Source: Methanoregula sp. (GTDB lineage: Archaea > Halobacteriota > Methanomicrobia > Methanomicrobiales > Methanospirillaceae). From it: DNA of 64,000 nt. The position numbers and the translations under genes were made by a program. The stretch spans positions 1-64,000 of the forward strand of contig JBDKTL010000027.1 of assembly GCA_039698055.1 (NCBI GenBank). The letters are read 5' to 3'. Shown here in pieces: positions 29,831 to 40,109 of this stretch; position 1 is the stretch's first letter, and each line of letters opens with the position of its first letter. Below the pieces are notes generated by a model. It was given only the letters and a program-made list of their open reading frames with translations, was not told where the DNA came from and searched no databases.

Positions 29831-30321
29831 TGAAGATCACGGAGATTCCGGGGGGATCTGCGTTTGTCGATACGAACATTCTCCTGTATGCATATACTTC
29901 GACGCAATTCTCACCTTCATGCGAGACGTTTCTTGACCGGGTGCAGTCGGGAAAAATCCGTGGGTTTATAAATTCCACGGTTATTGACGAATTTTTCCAT
30001 AAACTTCTTCTCACGAACCTCTACGTGGAGCGACATCTTGTCCCCAAAGATGCGATAGCCTATATCAAACAAAACCCGGATATGCTGCACGAATATTACC
30101 AGCCATACGAGATGACAAAAGAGTTGCTGGGGAATTTTGGACTTGTCGTTCTCGATACGTCCGGGTTTCTCACTGATGCTCTGGATATATCGCAAAAGTT
30201 CGGCCTGTTATTTTCCGATGCACTCCATGCAGCCTGCACACTCAGGAACTGCATCGATTACTTCGTGACCAACGATCGTGATTTTGATCGGGTGGATTTT
30301 TTGACCGTTGTAAAACCCTAA
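29827..30321 (+). CDS. vapC: PIN-domain VapC toxin
   Basis: FVDTNILLY, VIDEFFHK, SDALHAA and TNDRDF catalytic acidic motifs. Confidence 0.88.
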   Translation: MMKITEIPGGSAFVDTNILLYAYTSTQFSPSCETFLDRVQSGKIRGFINSTVIDEFFHKLLLTNLYVERHLVPKDAIAYIKQNPDMLHEYYQPYEMTKELLGNFGLVVLDTSGFLTDALDISQKFGLLFSDALHAACTLRNCIDYFVTNDRDFDRVDFLTVVKP

Positions 30322-30453
30322 AATCATTCCTGTTGATATTTCTGGCCTGCCGCACCGGGACGGGAACTTCCCCGGAGTCCGGTTTCAATAACGGTATTTT
30401 AGTTCATACCTGATATCTCCCACGTGAAACCGCAACAAAATGCAAAATAAAGT

Positions 30454-30666
30454 TCAGATTGTTTTGTCAAGGATGACCCGATTCGACCCGTCCGAGAACA
30501 TGGCGACGCCGATCGCGCGATCCTTCCCTGAGTTGGACGCTGAAAGCACCGCGTTCGCACCGACCTTCAGGATTCCGCCGCTCGCCGGGCGATCCTGAAT
30601 CCCGTTGGCGACAAGTGTTCCCCCGATGTAGGTTGACGCCGGTACTGCACCGTTGACCATCCAGTT
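30454..30666 (-). pseudogene. Pilin C-terminal (variable) fragment lacking 5' region and promoter
   Basis: NWMVNGAVPASTYIGG...GVAMFSDGSNRVILDKTI* aligns with the C-terminal half of pilin 31705-32142; 34 bp identical at the 3' end (30443-30476 vs 31694-31727). Confidence 0.8.
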
Positions 30667-30822
30667 GTTGAGATGATAATGGAGGTATTTAAAATTCCTG
30701 ATAAATCAAGCGAATCTGCCCACGTTTCATCGAAATGAAGGGGAATAGTATCAAACATCGCTTTTTTTTACACAAACTTTGTTGTGAACCAGCGTTGTAT
30801 GTTGTGTACTGGTGTATCCGGT

Positions 30823-31023
30823 ATGGCAACGATAAAAGCTAAAGTCATTGATGATTTTCACCTTGAACTTGAACAAGGTATCTCCATCAAAACCGGAGAG
30901 GTTTTTATAAAAATTATTGAAAAAAAACCAATAGCGTCACTCAGGGGCGCCTGGGGATATGATATTGATAGTGCAGACTTTGTAGAGAACCTGCGTAAAT
31001 CAAAGAAAATTGAGCCAGTATGA
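30823..31023 (+). CDS. Putative antitoxin (VapB-like)
   Basis: MATIKAKV...SLRGAWG..DSADFVENLRK, overlapping the PIN start (ATGA). Confidence 0.65.
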   Translation: MATIKAKVIDDFHLELEQGISIKTGEVFIKIIEKKPIASLRGAWGYDIDSADFVENLRKSKKIEPV

Positions 31024-31437
31024 ATTTTTTTCGGGATACCAGTATCTGTGTTGATGTTCTCCGAACCAAAGGTGCACAAAAATCCTTTGAGTTGTTCGAA
31101 AGTTTCGAAAGAGGAAATACCGGTTATATTTCGGCAATCACCGTTGCTGAACTTAGCGCCGGGGCATCTCTTTCCCCTCTTCGCGATGCAGTCAGTAAGA
31201 CCGAAGAACTTCTTGCTCATGTCCTGATCATTGAACTCACTAAAGTCCATCGCTCTGGAGGGAGGTAAAATATATGCCACCCTTTCGAAGGCCGGGAAAA
31301 AGATTGAATTCAACGATTGCCTCATTGCAGCGACAGCCCGGTCACTGGGTATGAGTGAGATCGTTACAAGGAACACTGATCACTTCAACCGGATTACCGG
31401 TTTTGCCGCGATTGTTCCTGAAACCTGTGTTCTCTAA
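31020..31437 (+). pseudogene. Frameshifted VapC PIN toxin
   Basis: ORF 31020-31268 (DTSICVD, SAITVAEL) continues in another frame as 31231-31437 (DCLIAATA, TRNTDHF); one extra A at about 31243 explains the split. Confidence 0.82.
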
Positions 31438-31704
31438 TTTTTTTCGCATGCGATCGATTCTGCTTATTTCTGGTACTGTATCAAAGCGAGAGGTTACGTG
31501 GGTTCAGATGTAATTACCCTGATGGTGGGGTTACCCCTTTCTTGGGCTGGACTTTTTCCGGAATCATCAGGCTCATGACTCGTTTAAAAAAAAATCACCG
31601 GGGTCCTGATCCGCACTTTTTTTGAAATACCCCCTGTCACCCTACCCACTCATGTTTGCTGGTGGCCATGGCTCCACGGAACTGTCAACGCCACAAAATA
31701 AAGT

Positions 31705-32142
31705 TCAGATTGTTTTGTCAAGGATGATCTGAATTGAGCCATCCGAATACACGGCAGCTCCGACAACGTGATCGGTGCCGGGACCGTGTGCAGCAAGCAG
31801 TGCAACTGACCCTATATTCAAGAATCCATTGTCTGACGGATGGTCCTGCATTCCCGGGGTAGCAATTGCGCCGTTGATATAGGTTGCCGGTGCCGCACCG
31901 TTTACTGTCCAGTTGATCATGGCAACCGATCCTGTGCCCTGGCCCCCGGCAAATGTCACGGACACATACGATCCGTTCACCCGGCTGATGGTCGCAGCAG
32001 CGATATTACCTCTCTCGAGATTGCCAGCCATGCTGAACACGAATGCGGCGATAACGGCTGCAAGGATTATGGTAACTGCAACGAGCAGGATTATACTGAC
32101 GACTTCGGAGACTGCATGTTCATCTTTTTTGTGAAATGCCAT
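31705..32142 (-). CDS. Archaeal type IV pilin (Pilin_N/DUF1628)
   Basis: MAFHKKDEHA|VSEVVSIILLVAVTIILAAVIAAFVF. Confidence 0.88.
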   Translation of the reverse strand: MAFHKKDEHAVSEVVSIILLVAVTIILAAVIAAFVFSMAGNLERGNIAAATISRVNGSYVSVTFAGGQGTGSVAMINWTVNGAAPATYINGAIATPGMQDHPSDNGFLNIGSVALLAAHGPGTDHVVGAAVYSDGSIQIILDKTI

Positions 32143-32409
32143 GATGTCACGCACCTGAACACTGCCCCGGCCGGGCAGGCGTGGGTTGTTTAGCTATTGC
32201 AGGGACGGGTTGATAAGCGTTTTTTTTTAAGTGTGTGGGGGGTTTGGTTATTGGTACTTGAAGCATCTACGTTATTTCAATCACGGCTAGTGAAAATCCA
32301 GCAGATTAACTGCCGATCTGATCATCCTCACGGGCTCACACCAGATTCAGGCTCGGAAAGTATACCAGATGATCTCTTTGCCCTTGGAAAATGACAAAGC
32401 GAAAGAACT

Positions 32410-34290
32410 TCATCCGCCTCCTGTGAACTGGTAACGTAAAATGGGGGGAAGCGGTGCGAACGAATACGTGGTAATCGTGATGGTTTTCCCGAACCCTGCG
32501 TTAATACTTCCGGCAATTATACTATCATTCCAGTCCCATGCACGCTGATCGTCCATACCCTTTGAAGGGAGATAGACATAGTAGTAAACACCGATAAACT
32601 GGATGATGACCGATGCTGCGACAAGAATGATGATAATTGCAGCGATAGCATTTTTTTTCAATCGGTTTTTTGGGGGAGATTTGACAAGATCGTAAAAAAA
32701 GAAGGCACAATAGAGGATCAAAATGGGTACAATGACGGTCAGATACCGTGGCCCGTAACACCATTCTGTATACCAACCGTCAAAAAAGCTATATGCTAAA
32801 ATAGTCAGGAGGATTACCGGGCCGAAAAAAGAAAGCGTGTTACCTATATGTGAGTTGTGAAAATTTTTTAATTTAAAATAACCAAAAACCGAGAATATCA
32901 GAACAGGAGTAAAAATGAAAAGCCCGACATTCGGAGAAACGAGCAATCCGGCAAAATGAATGACAAAACTCCCATTGAACACATATTGGTGGAAGTCATG
33001 ACTGTATCCACCAAACACTGTACCAAAGATCAACAGATTATAAAGGAGGAATGGGAGTCCACTTATGATGCCGGCAAGAGCATAATACCTGAAATGATTA
33101 CGGTAAAACCGGATGATGTAATATACGATCGGAATTATCAGCAGGGCATCCGGTGGCCGGTTGAACACAAATAATCCGGAAAAGAATCCTAATAATACAA
33201 TATTGTTAATCGATATGTTCTTTTCATTCCGGACAATACACCAGATCATCAAAATAAGGAGGAGTTCTTCCATTCCCTGCTGCCAGAGTGCCTGGCTGCT
33301 GATCGACCAGGTGCTGGTCGCAAATGCATAGATAAATGTGGAAAACAATGCGATCTTTTTTGAAAATAATTCTGAACAGGTAAGATAGACGAATATACCA
33401 GAGAGTGCCGCAATAATTGAAGATGATGTTTTTGCAACAAGAAGAATATTCTCGGCATTCAATGGTACTGAAAATAAATGGAGAAAAACAAGAGATATTG
33501 CGTAGATGGGTGTCACCAATACCGGTGTGACAATGGGAAACAAAGAATATTGATGATTGTTGATCAGGAGGAATCCATAATTTGTATTAGCACTGATTGC
33601 CATCTGCCCAAATTGATCGAAGACAAGGTTATGATACTGAAGTATTGATAGGGGAAGAAATGTCGCCGGGACGGTATCCCCGTTGGTATTTATAACAAAT
33701 ATGGTATTATAGGCAAAATAAAAAATTAGAAATAAACAGAGGATAGTGTTATTGTTAAAAAAAATAGCTACTGCGGTTTTTACTGACCCCCAAAGTGAGA
33801 GGGAGGGTTGTTTGAATAGATGTGTTGGTTCTGTTTTCTCCCAATTATGTGTATACAAACCCCCACCAATAATAAAAATAATCGGGACTCCAACAGGAAT
33901 ACATATTCCGGCAGGTCCCTGTAAAAACAGGCCATATTGGATAAGATCCGAGAGAAGAAATGTAATTCCTCCAAGTATAAGAAGAATACCCGCATGGCGA
34001 ATTCCTTGCCGATTTCGGATATAATATGATACCAGTAAAGCGAGAATTAGAAAAATAAATCCTGATATCCAGATACTGACTGAAACGCCAGTTTTCCAGC
34101 CGAGAAGTCCGTCAAGAACATAATTCAAATCCCGATTGATGAAAATAAGATTAGAGCCAAGATAGGTCTGCTGATAGCGAAACCATGCCCATTGTATTCC
34201 CGACCCTAACCAGTCACCGATAACCAGAATATTCAAAGGTATGAAGAAAACAATCCCGCAGAGAATTGTCGGGATGGTGAGCCGGGTCAT
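32410..34290 (-). CDS. Polytopic GT-C (GT39/ArnT-like) glycosyltransferase fused to an N-terminal small membrane domain
   Basis: Many TM helices; GDTVP, YSLFP, ATSTWSISSQALWQ, GLLVSPNVGLF and YGPRYL motifs; first ~150 aa homologous to ORF 35802-36308. Confidence 0.7.
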   Translation of the reverse strand: MTRLTIPTILCGIVFFIPLNILVIGDWLGSGIQWAWFRYQQTYLGSNLIFINRDLNYVLDGLLGWKTGVSVSIWISGFIFLILALLVSYYIRNRQGIRHAGILLILGGITFLLSDLIQYGLFLQGPAGICIPVGVPIIFIIGGGLYTHNWEKTEPTHLFKQPSLSLWGSVKTAVAIFFNNNTILCLFLIFYFAYNTIFVINTNGDTVPATFLPLSILQYHNLVFDQFGQMAISANTNYGFLLINNHQYSLFPIVTPVLVTPIYAISLVFLHLFSVPLNAENILLVAKTSSSIIAALSGIFVYLTCSELFSKKIALFSTFIYAFATSTWSISSQALWQQGMEELLLILMIWCIVRNEKNISINNIVLLGFFSGLFVFNRPPDALLIIPIVYYIIRFYRNHFRYYALAGIISGLPFLLYNLLIFGTVFGGYSHDFHQYVFNGSFVIHFAGLLVSPNVGLFIFTPVLIFSVFGYFKLKNFHNSHIGNTLSFFGPVILLTILAYSFFDGWYTEWCYGPRYLTVIVPILILYCAFFFYDLVKSPPKNRLKKNAIAAIIIILVAASVIIQFIGVYYYVYLPSKGMDDQRAWDWNDSIIAGSINAGFGKTITITTYSFAPLPPILRYQFTGGG

Positions 34291-34367
34291 GATATTCAGG
34301 AATAACAATTATACAATTTATAGTATTGAGCCTAACGGAATATGATTTTTAAGGTAACGAGAAAATT

Positions 34368-34900
34368 TCAGCGAGTCTCGCCATCATCAACAATTTTTAT
34401 TTCATCCAGTTGTTCCGTATTATTATCCGGGAACTTTGTAGGGTACATCCACCAACCGCACACTTGTATGACCGGCACTCCATCAGGAATCACACACCCT
34501 GTCGGGCCATGAAACAAAACCCCCTATTGGATTAAATCGGCAATCAGGTAGAGGCTCCCTCCACCAATTGAAACAATGGCTTCTGTTTTTACCCACATCC
34601 CGGTCTCCCACTGATGCAAGAAGAAGCAGGGAAAAATGCAAGTACCATAATGAATGAGAGGAGAACGCCCGTCTCTGCTGCAACAGCACTTCTCCCTTTG
34701 AGCATCCCCTCTTCAATATAATACAACTCTTTTGTAGAAAAAATAAGACTGATCCAGAGATAACCAAGATAACACTGCTGGTACCGGAAAAAGATCCATC
34801 GAACACAGGTGGCAAGCCAGTCCCCAACAACTTAGATATTGATAGGAACGAAAAAGAGAATGCATCGAACAATGAATGGGAACCTGGGAGGGGGTTTCAT
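34368..34900 (-). pseudogene. Pseudogene of the small membrane protein family of 35802-36308
   Basis: Reads ...FVPINI*VVGDWLATCVRWIFFRYQQ...IADLIQ*GVLFHGPTGCVIPDGVPVIQVCGWWMY; two in-frame stops, and the length is not a multiple of 3. Confidence 0.8.
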
Positions 34901-35087
34901 GTATTTATTAAGTTCGCTGACTGCAAATGAGCGTGTTGGAATGATAAGAAATGCTCGTTTTCAGGGAAATTATCGCCAGTAATTAGGATGTTATAATCTG
35001 GCCTTCTAATTCGCGAGTCTTGCACTCAACATATACCGGTTACGTGATGGGTGAAAAATACCCCTTTAATGCGAAATGAAAAAAAAA

Positions 35088-35492
35088 TTAGAGGGTTGAA
35101 TCGAAAATAACCTGAGTTGAACCATCATTAAATGATCCAACACCAAGGATATGCGCCTTACCGGCGTTACCTGCCGGGATTGACGATGAATTACCTACTG
35201 GTATTGATGTTGCAGGCGATAGAGGAACCCACATGCCTACGTTGACTCCATCTACCGTCCAGCAGATAGCTGTAAGCGAGTTTGCATCCTGTCCACCCTG
35301 ATAGGTAACAACAACTGTACTGGAACTTGTACGTTGCGCCGTCGCCGCAACCACTTTCGTCTTCTGGATATTCCCAGCCATGCCGAACACGAACGCAGCG
35401 ATAACGGCTGCGAGGATCACCGTGATAGCGACCATCAGGATAACGCCGATAACCGGTGATACTGCTTCATCATTCTTTTTGGTAAATGCCAT
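35088..35492 (-). CDS. Archaeal type IV pilin (Pilin_N/DUF1628)
   Basis: MAFTKKNDEA|VSPVIGVILMVAITVILAAVIAAFVFG; GGAG RBS upstream. Confidence 0.9.
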   Translation of the reverse strand: MAFTKKNDEAVSPVIGVILMVAITVILAAVIAAFVFGMAGNIQKTKVVAATAQRTSSSTVVVTYQGGQDANSLTAICWTVDGVNVGMWVPLSPATSIPVGNSSSIPAGNAGKAHILGVGSFNDGSTQVIFDSTL

Positions 35493-35561
35493 AATTTTAA
35501 CTCCATTCATATGCCCTGCATCGGGCATGACAATGTATAACCAGTCTATTTCGTATTTTGG

Positions 35562-35580
35562 TATATATAAGTTTGTTTTT
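35562..35580 (-). promoter_or_regulatory. BRE/TATA-like promoter of pilin (second copy at about 36976-36994)
   Basis: Minus strand reads AAAAACAAACTTATATATA upstream of both pilin paralogs. Confidence 0.5.
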
Positions 35581-35801
35581 AAATAAGGAGAATTCCAGGA
35601 TATGTATGGTAAAACATTCCTACACATTCGAATTTTTTCTCATTTTCTCTACCGGATAAATCTTACAATCCCTATATGCCACGTATTGGTAATCGTTCAG
35701 TTCAAATTTTTATGCATTTTTATAGCGTTCACACATCAGTAGTTGAGCGCTACGGGAACTAATCGTTTGAAGTGAAGAGAAAATTTTATGGAATTTTTCT
35801 A

Positions 35802-36308
35802 TCATCCAAAAATTTTGTTTTCATCAGATCTTTGCGTATTATTGTCCGTGAATGTTGCCCGGTACATCCACAAACCGCATACCAGAATGACCGGCACTCC
35901 GACAGGGATCACAAACCCTGCCGGGCCGTGAAACAACGCCCCGTACTGGATCATATCGGCAATCAGGAAGAGACACCCGGTTGTGAGGGTAATAATGGCG
36001 GCCGCTCTAACGTATGCGCCATTTTCACATTGAAAAGCTAGTATGAGGAAGATGCATGCCAATAATAATAAAAAGGTGGCTATACCCACCATTGCAGATG
36101 CAAGAGCACTGCGCCCATAAATCATCCCGTTATTAATAAAATAAATGTCTTTTGTAAAAAATATGAGACTGTTGCCGAAGTAGCTTTGCTGGTATCGAAA
36201 TAATCCCCACTGAACCCCGGTGGCGAGCCAGTCTCCGATAACATAGATGTTGATGGGGATTAGGAAGAGACAACATTGAATTAACAGGATATCAGAAAAT
36301 TTGGACAT
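35802..36308 (-). CDS. Small membrane protein of unknown function, pilin-associated
   Basis: Hydrophobic helices; PINIYVIGDWL..G.QW..FRYQQ.Y.G and DxIQYG.L..GP.G..IP.G.P motifs shared with two other copies. Confidence 0.75.
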   Translation of the reverse strand: MSKFSDILLIQCCLFLIPINIYVIGDWLATGVQWGLFRYQQSYFGNSLIFFTKDIYFINNGMIYGRSALASAMVGIATFLLLLACIFLILAFQCENGAYVRAAAIITLTTGCLFLIADMIQYGALFHGPAGFVIPVGVPVILVCGLWMYRATFTDNNTQRSDENKIFG

Positions 36309-36504
36309 TTTATTCCTTGTTTAATTGCTCTCCACAAAATTCATAGATTATTTTAAGAATCCAACTTTAATTTCATAATCTTTTATGATATGTCACGCAT
36401 TATATTACTTAATCTTCGATAACGAGGATAAATATACCGAAATGTGATTTATCAAATAACCTAATTCAACAAACTGCCACCACTCACGAAGAAAAAAAAA
36501 AGAA

Positions 36505-36906
36505 TTAGATATTCTGATCGATGATGACCTGCTGTGAGCCATCACTGAATGTTGCTATACCGATAACATGTGAGTTGGTAGCAGCAGTAATGGACGTACT
36601 TGCACCGATCTGTAAGATACCCGTAGATGATGTTGGCGAATTTTGTAACGCGACATTAGCACCATTTACGGTCCAGCATATGCTTTTTAATGACCCGGCA
36701 TCCTGTCCGCCTTGGAAGGTCGTTATAACAGCGCTTGAATTTGGCCGGTTCAACGTCGCTGCAACCACTTTAGTCTTCTGGATATTCCCAGCCATGCCAA
36801 ACACGAATGCAGCGATAACCGCTGCGAGGATCACCGTGATAGCGACCATAAGGATAACGCCGATAACCGGTGATACTGCATCTTCATTTTTTTGGGTAAA
36901 TGCCAT
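36505..36906 (-). CDS. Archaeal type IV pilin (Pilin_N/DUF1628)
   Basis: MAFTQKNEDA|VSPVIGVILMVAITVILAAVIAAFVFGMAGNIQKTKVVAAT, near-identical N-terminus to 35088-35492. Confidence 0.9.
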   Translation of the reverse strand: MAFTQKNEDAVSPVIGVILMVAITVILAAVIAAFVFGMAGNIQKTKVVAATLNRPNSSAVITTFQGGQDAGSLKSICWTVNGANVALQNSPTSSTGILQIGASTSITAATNSHVIGIATFSDGSQQVIIDQNI

Positions 36907-38097
36907 AATACAAACTCCACTCATATGCCCATCGTCGGGCATGACAATGTATAACCAGTCTATTTCTTATTTTGGTATATATAAGTTTGTTTTTAAATAT
37001 GGGGAATTTCAGGATATGTGCGATAAAACATACATGAATTTAGGAATAACAACCTGCACACCCGGGCTTTTTCAAGTCTTTTTCATAAATATAGACTCCC
37101 TAAATAAAAAAACAGGAGACATTCTTCACCGGACAACATCCCGCAGAACGATCTATTTCGTTTTTTGCGATATAGAGTGCCACCTGGTAAACCTTCTACC
37201 CCGGCACCGTGGTGGAATTGCACGAACAAAAGGCCAGAATACAAACAATTCCGATAAGTACCTGGTAACAACCAGGGGTGCATGGATCCGGGATCAACCG
37301 GGTTCAATACGGGCGTATTTTTACTATTCGGGAATCCGGTTTTCGGGTTTAGGGGAAATGGTGTCCGCCACAATAATAAAAACCGTTTAAAATGGTTATT
37401 TCTCAAAAATAACCCATTTAACCGGAAATTGAGCCTGCAATTTAACAGGCTTCCGGTTGGTCACATTTTTGTCCCATCGTTTTGGCAGGGGGAGGGTGAA
37501 AACGGCTGCCGGAAGCCCGCTATCGCCCGCTATCGTGTTCACGTCGGAGAATTCGAGGGTGGGGATTTTGGTCAGGCATTTTTGAATTTAAAGACCAATT
37601 CTTTTTTTTATAGGAGGGGGAGCGTCAGGATTTTGCATGAACCCCTCTTCAATATTTTTCATGCGGTGAACATCTGACCATAGATCTCAAGAGGAGTATC
37701 TCCAACTATTTTTCCGGAAATTTTTCTCACGCTAAAAATATATTTTTAAATTTTTTTTGTCATGTCACAAGATCGGCTAAGATTTCACTGACCGCAAAGA
37801 TACCTAAACGTTGCATGATATCAATCTTATAGAAAATGGATTAAAAAAAACCCAACAATGAAAACGGTTATTGAACCGCCGCGGAGGCGCCCTTCCAGCG
37901 ACAGCGGAACGATCGTTTTTGGTGTTTTGGGACATTATTCCCCTATATATCTGATAGAGTAGTACCCAATTACCCACTCATTTTGACGAAGAGCAAAAAA
38001 ATTACATCCCACACCACAGGAAATGTTTAGAGAAAAATCCCGAGTTAAAAGACAGATACCAGAACAAAAAATAAAAAAATGCCCGTTTATTCAAACA

Positions 38098-38616
38098 CTA
38101 AAAAAGAGAATTATCCTGTTCAGGTCTCCAAAGATGAAGAAAATCCACGCGGGAAAAATCTGTGTCATTCGATGCAAGGTGAATAATATTCTCCTTTCTC
38201 ATCGCAGCAACATGAACCGCATCAGTCGCAAGAAGGTTGTATATCTGTGCATTAACACGCGATTCGGAAAACAACGGACCTGAAATATTTTTCACGTTAA
38301 CCGTTTCCAGAATCTCGCAGGCTTCCCATAACTGGGGCAATTCCCGGAGAATTTCAGGAGTTTTCTTCACAAAAGCGATCGCTTCGGCAGGCGAACAACG
38401 ATGACAATTCATAATTGCAGTTACCATCAGCTTGTGAAACACTTCATTCAAAACAAACTCATCAATAAAACCCGCAATGTCATTTTCCTCGATTCTTTTA
38501 ATAAATGCGAGACATGATTTTCCATAAACGGGATGCTTAAAAAAGACATAAAGAAGGATATTTGAATCGATAAAAATGCGCGTTCCCGAAGGAACCTGAG
38601 AAAGATTTAATCCCAT
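38098..38616 (-). CDS. vapC: PIN-domain VapC toxin
   Basis: FIDSNILLY, VLNEVFHK, TDAVHVA and SNDTDF; similar to 29827-30321. Confidence 0.88.
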   Translation of the reverse strand: MGLNLSQVPSGTRIFIDSNILLYVFFKHPVYGKSCLAFIKRIEENDIAGFIDEFVLNEVFHKLMVTAIMNCHRCSPAEAIAFVKKTPEILRELPQLWEACEILETVNVKNISGPLFSESRVNAQIYNLLATDAVHVAAMRKENIIHLASNDTDFSRVDFLHLWRPEQDNSLF

Positions 38617-38792
38617 CCTTCCATCTCAATAATCTCGTCAGCGGTTTTTTTATTGGTAGGAATTATCCCATACATCCGATCGGTGATCTGTCGTTTGATT
38701 TCAATAATGACAGACTCCCCCTCTTTAAGAGGAAGCTCCCGTGCCGGTTTTAGCATTTTATTTTCATATCGGGCTTCGGAAAGGATAGACAT
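38607..38792 (-). CDS. Antitoxin, AF2212/DUF104-like
   Basis: EARYENKMLKP..LPLKEGESV pattern, overlapping vapC. Confidence 0.75.
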   Translation of the reverse strand: MSILSEARYENKMLKPARELPLKEGESVIIEIKRQITDRMYGIIPTNKKTADEIIEMEGWD

Positions 38793-38961
38793 TTGAAATC
38801 ACGAATAATTAATTGATCTAACGTTTTGCAAAGATAAAATAGTTTTCACTTCATTAAATATAGACAGATCCGTCCCAACGAGCCGGCAAACCGTTGGACC
38901 CACTCACGGGAAACGCTCCCTAAAACATATAACAATCCGGAACAATAGTATCAGATACACA

Positions 38962-39393
38962 ATGATGCAGAATCAAAATTCATATAATAACAGAATGGAT
39001 ACGCCTTCATTCAAATCCGTACTCCATGAACTCAAGGCTAATACCGATTGTGTCGCCCTCATGTTGTTTGGATCCGTGGCACGGGAAGAGGCACGGGCAA
39101 TTTCCGACATTGATCTCTGCATCATTACCCGAAAGAACACTCCTGAACCAGAGGCGATGAATCTGATGAGTTATGGATCAGAAGGAATTGACATAAGCCT
39201 TTTTTGGGATCTCCCGCTTGCGATTAAATTCCGGGTAATTAAAGAGGGCAAAATACTATTTTGCAAAGATCCTCTCCTGCTTCATCGTATCAAAACCGAT
39301 ACCGTCCGCGAATATCTGGATACCGCACCTCTTATCAGGAAGCACTCTCTTCATTGTATCGATGTTTTTCCGGTGATGAAATCGCATGGATGA
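38962..39393 (+). CDS. mntA: Minimal nucleotidyltransferase (MNT) antitoxin
   Basis: FGSVAR..SDIDL (GSx10DxD); start may be downstream. Confidence 0.82.
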   Translation: MMQNQNSYNNRMDTPSFKSVLHELKANTDCVALMLFGSVAREEARAISDIDLCIITRKNTPEPEAMNLMSYGSEGIDISLFWDLPLAIKFRVIKEGKILFCKDPLLLHRIKTDTVREYLDTAPLIRKHSLHCIDVFPVMKSHG

Positions 39394-39820
39394 CTTCGTA
39401 GGCTACGATGTAGAACGAATCGGAGCAATTTATTCTGATATCCAAAGATACATCCGGGATTTTAACGATCTTAACATTGACAGCCGGGATGCTCTTAACG
39501 ATAAAAGGAATTTTTATGCAACATCGATGATTCTCTTTTCACTCTTAAACCGGGTGTTTGATCTTGGAAGCGAAATTGCAATCGCACATAATCTTGGAAT
39601 TCCCTCAACATACCGGGAAATATTTGTTCTGCTCCAGAAGAACGGGTTGATCGATAATGATCTCGCAAAAACATTGATCGGATTTGTCACCTATAGAAAC
39701 CTTCTCTCGCATGAGTATCATGGAATCACTGCAGAAAAACTCTTTGACCTGACAAAAAAGATCAGTATCGTCAGGGAATTTGCGGAGCAGATGCAAACAC
39801 TACAAAAACAGCAAAAATAA
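39386..39820 (+). CDS. hepT: HEPN/DUF86 RNase toxin
   Basis: RNLLSHEY (Rx4HxY); overlaps the MNT gene. Confidence 0.82.
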   Translation: MDDFVGYDVERIGAIYSDIQRYIRDFNDLNIDSRDALNDKRNFYATSMILFSLLNRVFDLGSEIAIAHNLGIPSTYREIFVLLQKNGLIDNDLAKTLIGFVTYRNLLSHEYHGITAEKLFDLTKKISIVREFAEQMQTLQKQQK

Positions 39821-40109
39821 ATTTAGATTAAAAATTTTGCATATTTTGAACATTTCGGAAAAAATAAGCCACATGAAAAAAATTTCAAATAGTGGCTATT
39901 AATAGATCCTGATTTTTGCCAGAACACTCCCACCCGGTACGTCGCTCATTTTTAAAAAAACTCTAAAAAAAGAGAGCCGTAAGATCCTAACCGGGCCTCC
40001 GATGCGAAACCTTGCAGGGACTCTCTTTCTATTGGGGGCTTTAAAAAAAAAACATGATGTGACTCCCTGCAAATTATCTTAATATCACGATGTGATGTGC
40101 AAAAATGAT

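Noticed and set aside
34483-34872. 129-aa ORF in the track
   Set aside because: It is an alternative frame over the pseudogene; the family motifs are mostly in other frames.
34368-34900. Stop-codon read-through (both stops replace Tyr)
   Set aside because: One stop is TAA and the other TAG, and a frameshift is also implied. Tyr codons are one substitution from stop codons, so ordinary pseudogenisation explains it.
37040-38090. Long AT-rich spacer with a short tandem GCCCGCTATC x2 and a GC patch near 37870-37910
   Set aside because: It may contain a dispersed repeat, but there is no second copy in this window to support it.
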